Assembly: GCF_030144855.1 (NCBI RefSeq)
Contig: NC_082731.1
Span: forward strand, 21,142,001-21,206,000
Origin: Hypanus sabinus
Taxonomy: Eukaryota
Direction of reading: 5' to 3'
Length of the DNA stretch: 64,000 bases
The translations under genes were made by a program, and so were the position numbers. The notes under the pieces are model-generated. The model saw only the letters and a list, made by a program, of their open reading frames with translations, searched no databases and had not been told where the DNA came from. Positions 1-12,969 of this stretch are shown in pieces; position 1 is the first letter of the stretch, and each line of letters opens with the position of its first letter.

Positions 1-2130
1 AAGCCTACCACACTTTGTGCTGTTTGTGGAATCGATAGCATCCAATATCAATCCCAGGTTGTCCGGTGCAAAAGTGCAATCTCTTTACAAGCATTAGTGC
101 GAATTGAATACCGGTCGATCGTACTTAGTGCTAGACAATAGGGTACTATAAATGCGTTTCACATCTCAATTTTATTTATGACACTCATGGCAAATACATC
201 TTGCCCAGCACTGTTGTGGCCTCTCATTATCAGTCACTCAGCATCTAATTTGGCAGTTTGTAGCCGATTTCATGGCTATCGCAACCGCAGCAGCATCTGC
301 CGTCTTCGGGATATTTCTATTCACTATAAGAATACTCCTGCGAAAACGGGCTGTGGGCTTGATCATCATCGGCTTTCAAAAACATATCTTTCTGAGCTAA
401 CGATCATTCACGCGTTGGACCAGTTCATTGCCATTTGATGCCGATGGCGTAAATTTCAGCATTGCAGCAAGCAAATCTGGTTTTGCAACAGTTTTAGAGG
501 CGGTCTACTGGAAGTTCGTACCTATTTGATTTTCATACTTAGGCTATATACTACAAACCTTACATTTCAGCTTCAGAGCAAACTGTTAGATTGCAAATGA
601 ATATGGCTTTAATCATGACCACTCTTCAATTACTCATTTCGGTACCCTATTAATGGTTAATATTCTGGCGGTGATACCTATTCTGGTAGATACGTGCTTG
701 GAAAATAATACCAAAATAAGGAATAAAACATATTTCACTTGCTGTTGGCTTTGTGGTGTAGTTTCTTCGGCTGTGGTAGACGGTTAACCTGGAATTAACA
801 AGCAACCTGTTCAATCAAAGTGTTTCAAATTTTAGTTCAACAAAGGTAAACATTTGTTTTAACCGTTCAGTTTCTGTACTACCCCTTCTACGGGTAGTAG
901 TGGAGGACCTTTAATTTAATTATTTAATAATCTGTTCAAACAATTTATGTTGTGTTCTCGTATTGTGTAAAGTGAACAATGATAAAATGATAATATGAAT
1001 TTAGATAGATTGAGGAGACCGGTACGGAAGCTCTGCATTTTTTATGAATTACGCAGAAAATAATTTCTGTTCGTTGGAGCTGTTTTCTGTTCCCAGTCAT
1101 TTCAGCTTCATTCGCTGAGTACTGAGAAACATTTGTCTGAGTGAATGTTTCCATCATCTTATGGAGCTGCTGCAATCCAAACAAGCCTATAAAACTGGAA
1201 GAAAACTCAAGCTAATTATTCAATTGTAGGTAGTACTTACAAAGCAGTCAGTCATTGAAAGTGAATATGATCTTTTAAGGTATTCCTTACCTTATATGTG
1301 GGACTCACCATCGAGGGGCTACAGTTTGCTTTTTCATTACCCACAAACCCCATCTACCAGCTGTAAACCAAAAATAGATTCGATACTTTTGTTTGTCTAC
1401 TCATTGTGTTGCAAGCACGAGGCTGAGGGCAAACACAAGACACAGGCGCCGAGGCAGAGTCGTGAGGATTTAGCACTGTTGCGAACGTGGAACGTCTATC
1501 CACGACAGTCTTTACACGGAGAGGATTACATAGAGCATGCAGGAAATGATGTGGAGCTTAGAACTGACAGTCCTAAGGAATCGGAAACGATGTTTACCCA
1601 CACTAGAGTCGACCAACGAACTGGCAAAGCATGGCTGTGATGCCCGAGTTTTATCCTATGTTCGTTAATGGTAACGATGTGTTCTGTAATTAGTGGAACT
1701 GTTCACGATTGGAAATCAAACGAAGGGATTAAAGCGCAATTAAGGAGGTAATAGCAAGTTGGGAAATTGCCAGACGGGACCATGACACAGTAGGTACAAC
1801 TGAGAGAATTATATGACAAACAATGAGTAATCCCTCAGCAACACATAGCACGATTCCTTCAAGAGCAGTATTAGCATATTGAGTTCCCATATATCGGATT
1901 CTCTCAGCTGCAAGTCCTGGCTATAGAAATTTCGAGCATTCTGTTAATAATGTGCATATTTGGCTGCCTCGGTTCCTATCCTCAGTTACTGCCTCACGGC
2001 AAATGACGTAATATTCCACGAGGCAGCAGGAATAAAGGTTGTTATTTTCCACATAGTCAATGAACTTTGATTACAAGAATTTCATTCTGATGTACTGTTC
2101 ATTTCAATTGCCAATTTTTAAAGTTACTAT
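1..2130 (+). repeat. Segmental-duplication block A, copy 1 (copies at about 30500-31880 and 52400-54140)
   Basis: Collinear shared strings, e.g. gccatttgatgcc, ttatatttcagcttca, tattctag/tattctgg, aaacatttgcttt, gatagattgagga...ggaagctc. Confidence 0.8.
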
Positions 2131-3559
2131 GTTAAGTCTGACAACTCTGTTGGGCACATTGTCTCTCGGAATGCGCAGCTATGGATCCATCTAAAATAAA
2201 GGCGGTGACCAGCTAGCCAAGCCCACAGAGTGTGAAAGCCTTGTGTTCGTTCCTTTGAATTCTACGGGAGTTTCGTGAAGGTCCACTCTAAAGTGAGGTA
2301 ACCTACAAAGCAGCGTCTGTGCGCTTACCCTGCCTCGGCGACAAAAGTCAGGATGAGAAACGGAGTGGGCGGTAAATATTATCCCTGTCCTTCCGAGCCG
2401 TTTGAAACCTGTCGCATTTGTCTGTGGGAATCTGTCAACCTCTAAGAAACTCCAACCCACTTACTAGTGGAGTTCCTGGCATTGAAATGTGCTGTGGTGC
2501 AAAAGGTAAATGACTACCTCATTGGTGCCAAGTTTGAGCGAAGGAAGGACAACAATCGCTTCATTGATACCGTGGCCTGGGCGAAATTGAATGCCGTGGG
2601 CCATCGGTGTTTGGCAGCTCTGTCCTCCTTTGATTCCAACGTGAAGTACCGACCAGGAAGTAGGTACGTTGATGTGTATACGTTGTTCCGACATTCTTAT
2701 GGTAGGCTGGATAAGGACGGATTGTGGCTGAGTGTTTCGCCGCTGGAATGAAAAACTTGCAGTTGTTTATAATCACGGTGAAGGCTATGTGAAGTGAAGG
2801 ACGGATGTAGAGTTAGATCATTTGGGAGCTTGTAATGGTGCCATTCCACAATCTTAATACAACCTGACGACTCTGAAGGGAGACCAGTTGCCAGTATTGA
2901 GTCATGGGTCAGGGGCATCTGATCAGCGAGACGGCACGGGCATCGGTACCGTTTGATCAGCACTTACGAAAGGGGACATGACTGAAGCGGACGGGACGAT
3001 ATACTTTGTGATGTCTCAGTTATTTGGAGACTGGGCCGGAATGGGTTTGAGGGACTACATCCTGTAACGAATCCTGTCACCTCCACACCGACCACAGCTT
3101 TCCCAGCTTGTATTGCCTGAGCAGTACTGGAGGATTGTGTTGAAGTCGCGTTACGATGGTTCTGGATATTGGGGGGAGGGTGTTACAAGACCCAAGGTTT
3201 GTTCAGAGAAAGGGTCTATTGACGTTGGATAAAAACAGGTGTCCAGACGTAATGCGCGTCGTGCATTTGATGTATACAGAGGAAGACGCTGCCTGCGAGG
3301 CCTTTCTGTTGTTCCAGTTAAAGAGTGCGGGGCCACTTCAACTGGTGTGCATGGACTTATTGTCAAGAGGTCAAGATGCCAGCAACATAGCGAAAGGTTT
3401 GGGTATTACGGATCACAGCAGCTCATATGCGAAAGCCTTCTCTGCCAATGATCAGTGGCCAAATGGTTATAGAAACGTAGAAAACCTAGAGCACAAAAAT
3501 GGCCCTTCGGCTCTCAAAGTTGTGCCGATCATGCCATTACCTTAGAAATTACTAGGGTT

Positions 3560-4410
3560 AACAGTACCCCTGTATTTTTCGAAACTCCATGTAACTACTC
3601 AAAATTCTCTTCTCAGACCCCAGCGTAGCAGCCCCACCACCGATTGCCGGTAGACTATATAACGCAATCATCAGTCTCTGCGTTAATAAAAAATAACCTT
3701 GACATCTCTTCTGTACGTACTCACCAGCACATTGAAACCTGTCCCCTCTTATGGCAGCCACTTCAGTCCTGGGTAAAAGCCTTTGAATATCCACACGACC
3801 AATGCATCTGATCATCTTATAAACCTCTTTCAGTTCACCTCTCATCCTCCTTCGCTCCAAGGAGAAAAGGCCGAATTCACTCAACCTGTTTTCATAAGGG
3901 ACGTACCCCAATCGAGGCAACATCCTTGTAGATCTCCTCTGCACCCTTTCTCAGGTTTCCACCTCCTTCCTGTAGTGAGGCGACCAGTTCTCAGCACAGT
4001 ACTACAAGTGGGGTCTGTATAGCGTCCTAGATAGCTCGAAGATTGCCTCTCGGCTGCTGAATTCAATTCCACGATTGATGAAGGTCAATATACCGTGCGC
4101 CTTCTTAACCACAGTGTCAACCTGCGCAGCTGCTTTAAGCGTCCTGTGGACTCAGACCTCAAGATCCCCTTGTTTCTCCACACCGCCAAGAGTGTAACCT
4201 TTAATACTATGTTCTGCCATCGTATTTGACCGACCAAAAGGAACCGCTTCACACTTATCTCAGTTGAACGCTATCCGACACTTCTCAGCCCAGTTTTGCA
4301 GCCTATCAATGTCCCACTGTAACCTCCGACAGTCCTCCACGCTATCCACAAAACCCCCTGCCTTTGTGACATCAGCAAACTTACGAATCCACCCATCCAC
4401 TCCCTCATCA
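3560..4410 (-). mobile_element. CR1 LINE 3' fragment
   Basis: MLPRLGYVPYENRLSEFGLFSLERRRMRGELKEVYK matches the CR1 ORF2 C-terminus. Confidence 0.85.
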
Positions 4411-4920
4411 AAGTCGGAGACGTATTTTATTTATTATGGAGTCTTCAGGCGGATACATAACGTTCAGGGAAGTCGAGGACTACGCCTTATCAGCGGGATA
4501 GTGATCCCCAGCCCGAAAGTTTCAATCAGACCTTTTTAGACATGCTTGAGATCAGCATAGAGATCAGCAAAAGGGACAAGTGCAGTCAACATATTCGATA
4601 TCTGGTCCCTAACTAATACTCTGTACACAATGAAGCTGCAGGGTACTGGCAATACTATCTGTTGTTTGCTCCCGTGACGAGGCTGTTTGCTGATCTGGAT
4701 TTTGGGGCTGGTGAGGAAGGTCGAACAGCGAAGAATCTGCTGAAGTATGCATCAGATACCGGAATGGAGCAGAAAAAGGGTTATGAATTAGCTGAAGTCG
4801 CGGAGACCAAGATGAATCAAAGAAATAAGATGAGGAATCACCAGAAGGTTAACTACACCAAAGTTATGCTGGAGACTGAGTCGTGATAAAGAATTTGCGG
4901 CTATCTGGGAATCATAAGTT

Positions 4921-7900
4921 TCTGGAAGAGGACAGCGAGGCTTTGAGAGGAAGTGCGGCGGCGGCCATTTTCAAGTTGTCCAATTGCGTCTCTGATCGGA
5001 GTTCTGAGAGGCTGGAATACGCAGGCGCGTGAAGGAGGCCTGGGAAGGAGGGAAGATATAAAAAGAACGCAGCCTTAAGAAGCGGACAGCTTCGTTGGCC
5101 GGCAGCGGAGTGGGCCGGGAGCAGAGTGTAGGGCTTGGGATCAGGGGCTTAGGCGGAAGAGGGCACAGTAGGCTTATCTTTTAGTTCTTGTTATTTTCAG
5201 TTATTCGGTAAGTTTGACTGTGAGGGAAGCTTGTTGTTCTCGGTGTCGGATGTGGGAGGTCCTGGAGTCTCCGAGCCTCCCGGACGTCCACAACTGCGCC
5301 AGGTGCACCGAACTGCAGCTCCTGAGGGACCGAGTTAGGGAACTGGAGCTGCAGCTTGATGACCTTCGCCTGGTCAGGGAGAGCGAGGAGGTGATAGAGA
5401 GGAGTTACAGGCAGGTTGTCACTCCGGGGCCACGGGAGGCAGATAGTTGGGTCACGGTCCGGAAGGGGAAGAGGCAGGTACTAGAGAGTACCCCAGTGGC
5501 TGTACCCCTTGACAATAAGTACTCATGTTTGAGTACTGTTGGGGGGGACAGCCTACCTGGTGGAAGTGACAGTGGCCGGGTCTCCGGCACAGAGGACTGC
5601 CCTGTAGCTCAGAAGGGTAGAGATAGAAGAAAGAAGACCATAGTAATAGGGTGCTCGATAGTCAGGGGTTCAGACAGGCGGTTCTGTGGAGGTGATCGGG
5701 AGTCCCGGATGGTAATTTGCGTCCCAGGTGCCAGGGTTCGGGACGTTTCTGATCGCGTCCAAGATATCCTGAAGTGGGAGGGTGAGGAGGCAGAGGTCGT
5801 GTACATGTAGGTACCAATGACATAGGTAGGAAAGGGGAAGAGGTCCTGAAACGAGAGTATAGGGAGTTAGGAAGGCAGTTAAGAAGAAGGACCGCAAAGG
5901 TAGTAATCTCGGGATTACTGCATGTGCCAGGCGACAGTGAGAGTAGGAATGGAATTAGGTGGAAGATGAATGCGTTGCTGTGGGATTGAAGCAGGGGCAG
6001 GGATTCAAGTTTCAGGATCAGTGGAACCTCTTCTGGGGCAGTCGTGACCTGTTCAAGAAAGACGGGTTACACTTGAATCCTGGGGTACCAATATCCTAGC
6101 GGGGAGGTTTGCTAGGGCTACAGGGCAGACTTTAAACTAGTAAGATGGGGGGGGGCGGGAATCAATTTGAGGAAACTATGGGAGAGGAGGTTAGTTCACC
6201 AGTAGAGTAATTAAATAGACAGTGTGTGAGGGTGGAAAGGCAGGTGATGGAGAAGGGATGCGCTTAGCCCGAAGATGTAGGGGAGAAGAAAGAAAAGGAG
6301 AATAAATTTGAAGGCTTTCTTAGGGATGAAAAGAGAGGAGGAGGTGGAGAGTATCTTAAATGTATCTATTTTAATGCTGTGAGCATTGTAAGAAAGATGG
6401 ATGAGCTTAAAGCGTGGATTGATACCTGGAAATATGATGTTGTAGCTATTATTGAAACATGGTTGCAGGAAGGGTGTGATTGCCAACTAAATATTCCTGG
6501 ATTTAATTGCTTCAGGTGTGATAGTGTAGGAGGGGCCAGATGAGGAGGTGTTGCATTGCTTGTCCGAGAAAATCTTATGGCGGTGCTTTGAAGGATAGAT
6601 TAGAGAGCTCCTCTAGGGAGGCTATTTGGGTGGAATTGAGGAATGGGAAAGGTGTAGTAACACTGATAGGAGTGTATTATAGGCCACCTAATGGGGAGCA
6701 TGAGTTGGAAGAGCAAATGTGTAAGGAGATAGCAGATATTTGTAGTAAACACAAGGTGGTGATTGTGGGAGATTTTAATTTTCCACACGTAGACTGGGAA
6801 GCTCATTCTGTAAAAGGGCTGGATGGTTTTAGAGTTTGTGAAATGTGTGCAGGATATTTTTTTGCAACAATACATAGAAGTACCGACTAGAGATGGGGCA
6901 GTGTTGGATCTCCTGTTAGGGAATGCGATAGGTCAGCTGACAGATGTATGTGTTGGGGAGCATTTCGGGTCCAGTGATCAGAATAGCGTTAGCTTCCATA
7001 TAATTATGGAGAAGGACATGAAAGGACCTAGAGTTTAGATTTTTGATTGGAGAATGGCTAACTTTGAGGTGATGCGAAGGGATTTAGGGAGATTGGATTG
7101 GGTCAAGTTGTTTTATGGGAAGGATGTAATAGAGAAATGGAGGTCATTTAAGGGTGAAATTATGAGGGTACAGAATCTTTATGTTCCTGTTAGGTTGAAA
7201 GCAAAGATTAAAGGTTTGAAAGCACCATGGTTTTTAAGGGATATTAGAAATTTTGTTCGGAAAAAGAGGGATGTCTGCAATAGATATAGGCAACATGGAG
7301 TAAAAGAATTGCTCGAGGAATATAAAGAATGTAAAAGGAACCTTAAGAAAGAGATTAGAAAAGCTAAAAGAAGATACGAGGTTGGTTTGGCAAATAAGGT
7401 GAAAGTAAATCCGAAAGGTTTCTGCAGTTATATTAAAAGCAAGAGGATAGTGAGGGATAAAATTGGCCCCTTAGAAGAATCAGAGTGGTCAGCTATGTGT
7501 GGAGCCGAGGGAGATGGGAGAGATTTTGAACGATTTCTTCTCTTCGGTATTGACTAAGGAGAAGGATATTGAATTGTGAAAGGTGTAAACAAGTAAGGAA
7601 GTTATGGAACCTATGACAATTAAAGAGGTGGAGGTACCGGCGCTTTTAAGAAATTTAAAAGTGGATAAATCTCCGGGTCCTGACAGGATATTCCCCAGGA
7701 CCTTGAGGGACGTTTGTGTAGAAATAGCAGGAGCTCTGACGGAGATCTTTAAGATGTCATTAGAAATAGGGATTGTGCCTGAGGATTGGCGTATTGCTCA
7801 TGTGGTCCCATTGTTTAAAATGGGTTCTAGAAGTAAGCCTAGCAATTATAGACCTGTCGGTTTGAGATCAGTGGTGGGTAAATTAATGGAAAGTATTCTT

Positions 7901-9240
7901 AGAGATAGTATTAATAATTATCTGGATAGACGCGATGTGATTAGGAGTAGCCTGCATGGATTTGTGCGTGGAAGGTCATGTTTGACAAACAGTATTGAAT
8001 TTTTTGAAGAACTTATGAGGAATGTTGAAGAGGGTAAGGCAGAGGATGTAGTCTATATGGACTTCAGCAAAGCCTTTGACAAAGTTCCACATGGAAGGTT
8101 AGGTAAGAAGGTTCAGTCGTTAGGTATTAATGCTGGAGTAATAAAATGGATTCAAAAGTGGCTAAATGGGAGATGCCAGAGAGTAGCGGTGGATAATTGT
8201 TTATCGGGATGGAGGTCGGTGACAAGCGGGGTGCCTCAGGGATCTGTTTTGGGCCCAATGTTGTTTGTAATATACATAAATGATCTGGATGATGGGGTGG
8301 TAAATTGGATTAGTAAGTATGCCGATGATACTAATGTAGCAGGTGTTGTGGATAATGAGGTGCGTTTTCAAAGCTTGCAGGGAGATTTATGCCGGTGAGA
8401 AGAATGGGCTGAACGTTGGCAGATGGGGTTTAATGCTGAGAAGTGTTAGATTCTACATTTTGGCAGGAATAATCCAAATAGAACATACAGGGTAACTGGT
8501 AGGGCTTTGAGGAATGCAGAGGAACAGAGAGATCTAGGAATAACAGTGCATAGTTCCCTGAAGGTGGAGTCTCATGTAGATAGGGTGGTGAAGAAGGCTT
8601 TTGGAACGCTGGTCTTTATAAATCAAAGCATTGAGTACAGAAGTTGCGATGTAATGTTAAAATTGTACAAGGCTTTTGTAAGGCCAAATTTGGAATATTG
8701 TGTACAGTTCAGGTCACCGAATTATAGGAAAGATATCAATAAATTAGAGAGAGTGCAGAGACGATTTATTAGGATGTTACCTGGGTTTCACCACTTAAGT
8801 TGCAGAGAAAGGTTGAACAAGTTAGGTCTCTATTCATTGGAGCGTAGTAGGTTGAGGGGGGATTTGATCGAGGTATTTAACATTTTGAGAGGGATAGATA
8901 GAGTTGACGTGAATAGGCTGTTTCCATTGAGAGTAGGGGAGATGCAAACGAGAGGACATGATTTGAGAGTTAGGGGGCAGAAGTTTAAGGGAATCACGAG
9001 GGGGTATTTCTTTATTCAGAGAGTGATAGCTGTGTGGAATGAGCTTCCTTTAGAAGTAGTAGAGGCCAGTTCAGTTGTTTCATTTAAAGTAAAATTGCAT
9101 AGCTATATGGACAGGAAAGGAGTGAAGGGTTATGGGCTGAGTGCGGGTTGGTGGGACTAGGTGAGATTAAGATTTCGGCACGGACCAGGGGGGCCGAGAT
9201 GGCCTGTTTCCGTGCTGTGAATGTTATATGATTATATGTT
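4921..9240 (+). mobile_element. Near full-length, inactivated CR1 LINE (ORF1 with Zn-finger-like Cys pairs, coiled coil and SGNH esterase; ORF2 APE endonuclease + RT)
   Basis: ORF1: CSRC...CARC, LQLLRDRVRELELQL, GCSIVRG, frameshifted HVGTNDIG, DGLHLN. ORF2 pieces: GDFNFPHVDW, YMDFSKAFDKVPH, GVPQGSVLGP, KYADD, RPNLEYCVQF. Multiple stops and frameshifts; 3' tail gttatatgattatatg. Confidence 0.93.
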
Positions 9241-10489
9241 GTTTGACTTCTGGCGGCGGAGCATTATGCACTGGAGAGTCAAATGCCAATCGTATCAGTT
9301 TTCCGAGTGAAATCACAGGATGGGGATGGGCCTGTCATTATTCGCAATCGGAACTACATTCTACCTATGCAACAAGAGTTGCTTTTTGATGCATAGCCTG
9401 AGAGGCTTCTGCAGCGCCGTGGTGAGTCTGATTGCATCGCTCCCACCTCTACTCCTGCATGGGATTAGGATTTGGAGGATAAAAAATGAAGATGTGTTAC
9501 ATGCTGCCTTTTGCTAACTCCCCAGTAATTTAGGAACAGAGTCCCAGCCCTTCTCACGCCGAGGCACTTTCAGTGGGGCTCACCACCAACGAACAGTCTG
9601 GTCGGCAACTGTTGGGCTGGGCTTTGACGTAACTGTAAATGAATCCAAGCTCAGCCATGTGGCTGACCGGTCAGAATAGTCTGTGGGAACAGGTAATCGA
9701 TTAGGGGAAGCCTCGCCAGATAGACCAGAAGCATCACAAAGAGTGTCTGATACTGAAGACATAGATAATGGAATAATGAGGTCTCAAAGAGTCAGAATAC
9801 CCCAGAGAGGCTGGCCTATGTGGATCCGGGGGAACAGTACGTTACGATTACACCCCGAGTGAAATATATCACTACGTTTAAATGGGTGGCAGGTTTTGAA
9901 CGTTCTCACAATTCCTTTGATCACCCTGTTATTAATGAGGGTATGACAAATTATTTCAACACCATGAGGAGATGACTATTTTGGTGGCGCAACAATTTAA
10001 TGCCCTTGTTATTACTTTTACTGTTATGTTGTATATATTTCCTTTGCAATTCTGTAAGTTCAATCTGTTCTGCTTTCACACTGTTTGGGGTATTGTTGAA
10101 GATAAGAGATGAAGAGGAACTTGTTCCATCCAATTAGGGTGATAAAACTGAGGGTAGGTGTTTCTGTTGACGGCCACTAACATTGGTCTTCAGGCTTTGG
10201 TTCGGCCGAGGTGAAGAGAGCAGACGCTGGATAAAAAGGTCGTACGATTCGAACCGGAGCGGGACCGTGATTCGATGAAACCGGGGCGATTTTCAATGGA
10301 AGATCGGTGAATATGGTGAAAAGCTGATATCCAACTCATGACAATTTGACTGTTTAATTGCAATGGACCCTTTTCTATTTTGTTTGTCTTTGGTAACCCT
10401 TCAGTTAGCTTAAAATTAATAAATATATTTCCTTTAAACTTATGCGTGCACTGTCTGTCTTTTCGGGGCACTACATTTTTAAAAGGTAT

Positions 10490-11450
10490 AAAATCTACCC
10501 CTACGTCAAGTTCGTTAATTAAAATCACGAAGAGTAGAGGTCCCAGAGCTGATCCTTGTGTAACACCGCTAGTCACAACAGTCCAATCCAAATGTGTTCC
10601 CTCCACCTCGACCCTCTGCTTTCTGCAGTCAAGCTAATTCGAAGCTACCTGCCAAAATTCCCTGGATCCCATGCCTTCCGAATTTCTGAATAAGCCTACC
10701 GTGTTATACCTTGTCAAATGTCTTACTGAAATCCATGCAGATCACATCCACAACACTGCAATCATCTATATCCCTGGTCACCTCAGCAGAGAACTCTATC
10801 AGCCTTATTAAACACGATCTGCCCTTCACAAAGCCATGTTGACTGTCCCTGATCAGACCATGATTCAATAAATGTCCATAGATTAATTTTCTATGAATCT
10901 TTTCTAACAGCTTTCCCACCACAAACGTAAGGCTCTCTGTTCTATAATTACCCGGACTATCTCTACTAATTTTTTGAACAAGCGGTCGACATTCGCCTCC
11001 CTCCAATCATCCGGAACCATTTCCGTGGAAAGCGAGGACATAATCATCCTAGCCAAAGGCTCAGCAATCTCTTCAATCCGTCAGCACCTGGACTTATCCT
11101 TCCTAATGTATCTTAACAACTCTAATACGATTCAGAATGCTTCAACATGCTTCAGAACATCAACCTCACTCATATTGACCTCATCGTTATCATGTTCCCT
11201 GTCACTGGTGAATACAGAAGAGAAGTATTCACTGAGGACCCCGCGCACTTCCACAGACTCCAGACACATCTTCCCACCTGTCTCACTAATCGGTCCTATC
11301 TTCAAACCTGTCAACCATTTATTCTTCACATAATTTGCGAATGTCTTGGAGTTTTCCTTTACCCCACTCGCCAAGGCCTTTTCAAGCCCACTTCCTGCTC
11401 ACCTCAGTCCTTTCTGAATCTCCTTTCTTGCTCCTCAATAGGTAATTTTG
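10490..11450 (-). mobile_element. CR1 LINE RT fragment
   Basis: SKTFANYVKNK; SQHGFVKGRSCL...MDFSKTFDKV; VTSGVTQGSALGPLLFVILINELD. Confidence 0.85.
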
Positions 11451-11459
11451 GGATATCTA

Positions 11460-11900
11460 GGGTAGACCAAGTACCAGTGGCAGTAGCAGTGAATTTAGCA
11501 GATAGAAATACATTTCTTCATATGGCCGCCGTCAACCACCAGTTGGAGGGTTGTGTGGAGAGGTTGTTCCCAGAGGTCGACCTTTCTGTGCCTTGACGTT
11601 GATTTTTCTCTTAATTCCAGAGTTCGCACAATCCATCGTTGAGCGAGAGAGACGTCCATAAGATTCCCAGCTGCACCAGAATCAATCAACGCCTTAAATA
11701 TATAGGTCTGTGATCTCGAAGAACAGGGAACATGCGAGAATTACAGAGGTAGGGGAAGCTGACTGAACAGAGAACCGACAAGGAGGATTTCCCTTCCTGC
11801 TGACGGATATTCTCTTTTACTGGACGCTTGGAAGATGCAGCCACAATGTGCCATACCGATTCTCTAAACTCACTATATGCAAAATTCAGGCTAGGCACGG
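11460..11900 (-). mobile_element. Gypsy gag/protease fragment
   Basis: IDSGAAGNLMD retropepsin active-site motif. Confidence 0.6.
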
Positions 11901-11949
11901 CTCTAATGCCCTCTAATAATTTAACGACGACATAGATTTTACTTGCATA

Positions 11950-12330
11950 ATTTCATATAGTGACGAAGAGGCGTATTGCATCTAGAGAGATATGCTTGTT
12001 GAGTATTGTCGCAGGACGAATCTTCTCAATAAGACCTAAAATTCATTTTAACTTATTGTGTGGAATCCGAAGAAACATACATCAACCCTGATCGAACGAT
12101 CAGAAGTGCAAAACATGAACGGTTCCAAATGTGTAGGTGTCGTCATCTCTGTGGATTTATAATGGACACAATTACGAAGAAGACACGACAGCAGCTAAAT
12201 GTCATAGGAGGCTTGATATGAATAGGTCTGCCAGTAAATGCCCACGATAATTTCAAAATGATACACCATGGGGATCATTATTACCGTCTGCATCAGTGTC
12301 TGGTATGGTAGAACAACAGCACAGGGACAA
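11950..12330 (+). mobile_element. Rex1/Babar-like LINE RT relic (paralog of 20560-21130 and 44830-45360)
   Basis: Shared sequence gtgtcgtcatctct...ggacacaattac...cagctaaatgtca in three duplicated units; degenerate ADD-type region. Confidence 0.5.
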
Positions 12331-12359
12331 AAAAATTAGCAAATAAACTGCAGAATATT

Positions 12360-12445
12360 TTACGAAGTGTCTCGTTCCGAAACGTCGACAGTGCTTCTCC
12401 TATAAATGCTGCCTGGCCTGCTGTGTTCCACCAGCCTTTTTTGAG
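12360..12445 (+). repeat. Short Penelope-tail fragment with a hammerhead relic
   Basis: ...gtctcgttccGAAACGTCGAC...atgctgcctggcctgct matches 43875-43950; the CUGAUGA box is lost. Confidence 0.55.
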
Positions 12446-12969
12446 TGCTATTGTTGAAAATTTTAAACTCAGGCTCTCTACTCCGGCTGGTGGCCTCCTA
12501 GCATCAGTACTGGTATTTAGGGCGAGACTTCCTGAGTACGAATCCGGCCGGTATCCGTGCACGCATTCCATCCGGCCTCGATTGAGTGTCGAGCTCGCAA
12601 ATCGACCGCTGGTTCCGTTAGGTTTCACATTTGCTGGCTCCAACATACAGATCGCCATGGGGCATAGGGCCATGTGGCATAGAGCGCATAGGGCCCTCTG
12701 CAAGACGAAAATCGAAAGGTCCATTACAGTGACTTCTGATCACAGTGCAAAATTGTCAATTGAACGACAGAATACAGATGATGCGATTTTAGGACATAAG
12801 AAATGACGTGTCATGAAATGTGAAAATGCCCTTTACTTTCAACTGAGATACCAATGGCAATAACCTTCCATATCCACTAAAGCTATTTCAGTGGATCAGC
12901 GCTGCGGGTTCATTGAAAATGTTCAATAATCTTTTTGAACAATCTTACCACAATCTTTTATGAACATTT

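Larger units (their letters stand above)
2130..10480 (+). mobile_element. Degenerate Gypsy LTR-retrotransposon pol relic (end of RT, RNase H, integrase), interrupted by CR1 insertions at about 3560-4410 and 4921-9240
   Basis: GHIVS...DPSKIKAV near 2150; EFLALKCAVVQKVNDYLIG...KYRPGS; GPLQLVCMDLLS. The integrase C-terminus ELAEVAETKMNQRNKMR (4662-4886) resumes after the CR1 as ESQMPIVSVFRVKSQDGDGPV. The 3' limit is uncertain. Confidence 0.8.
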
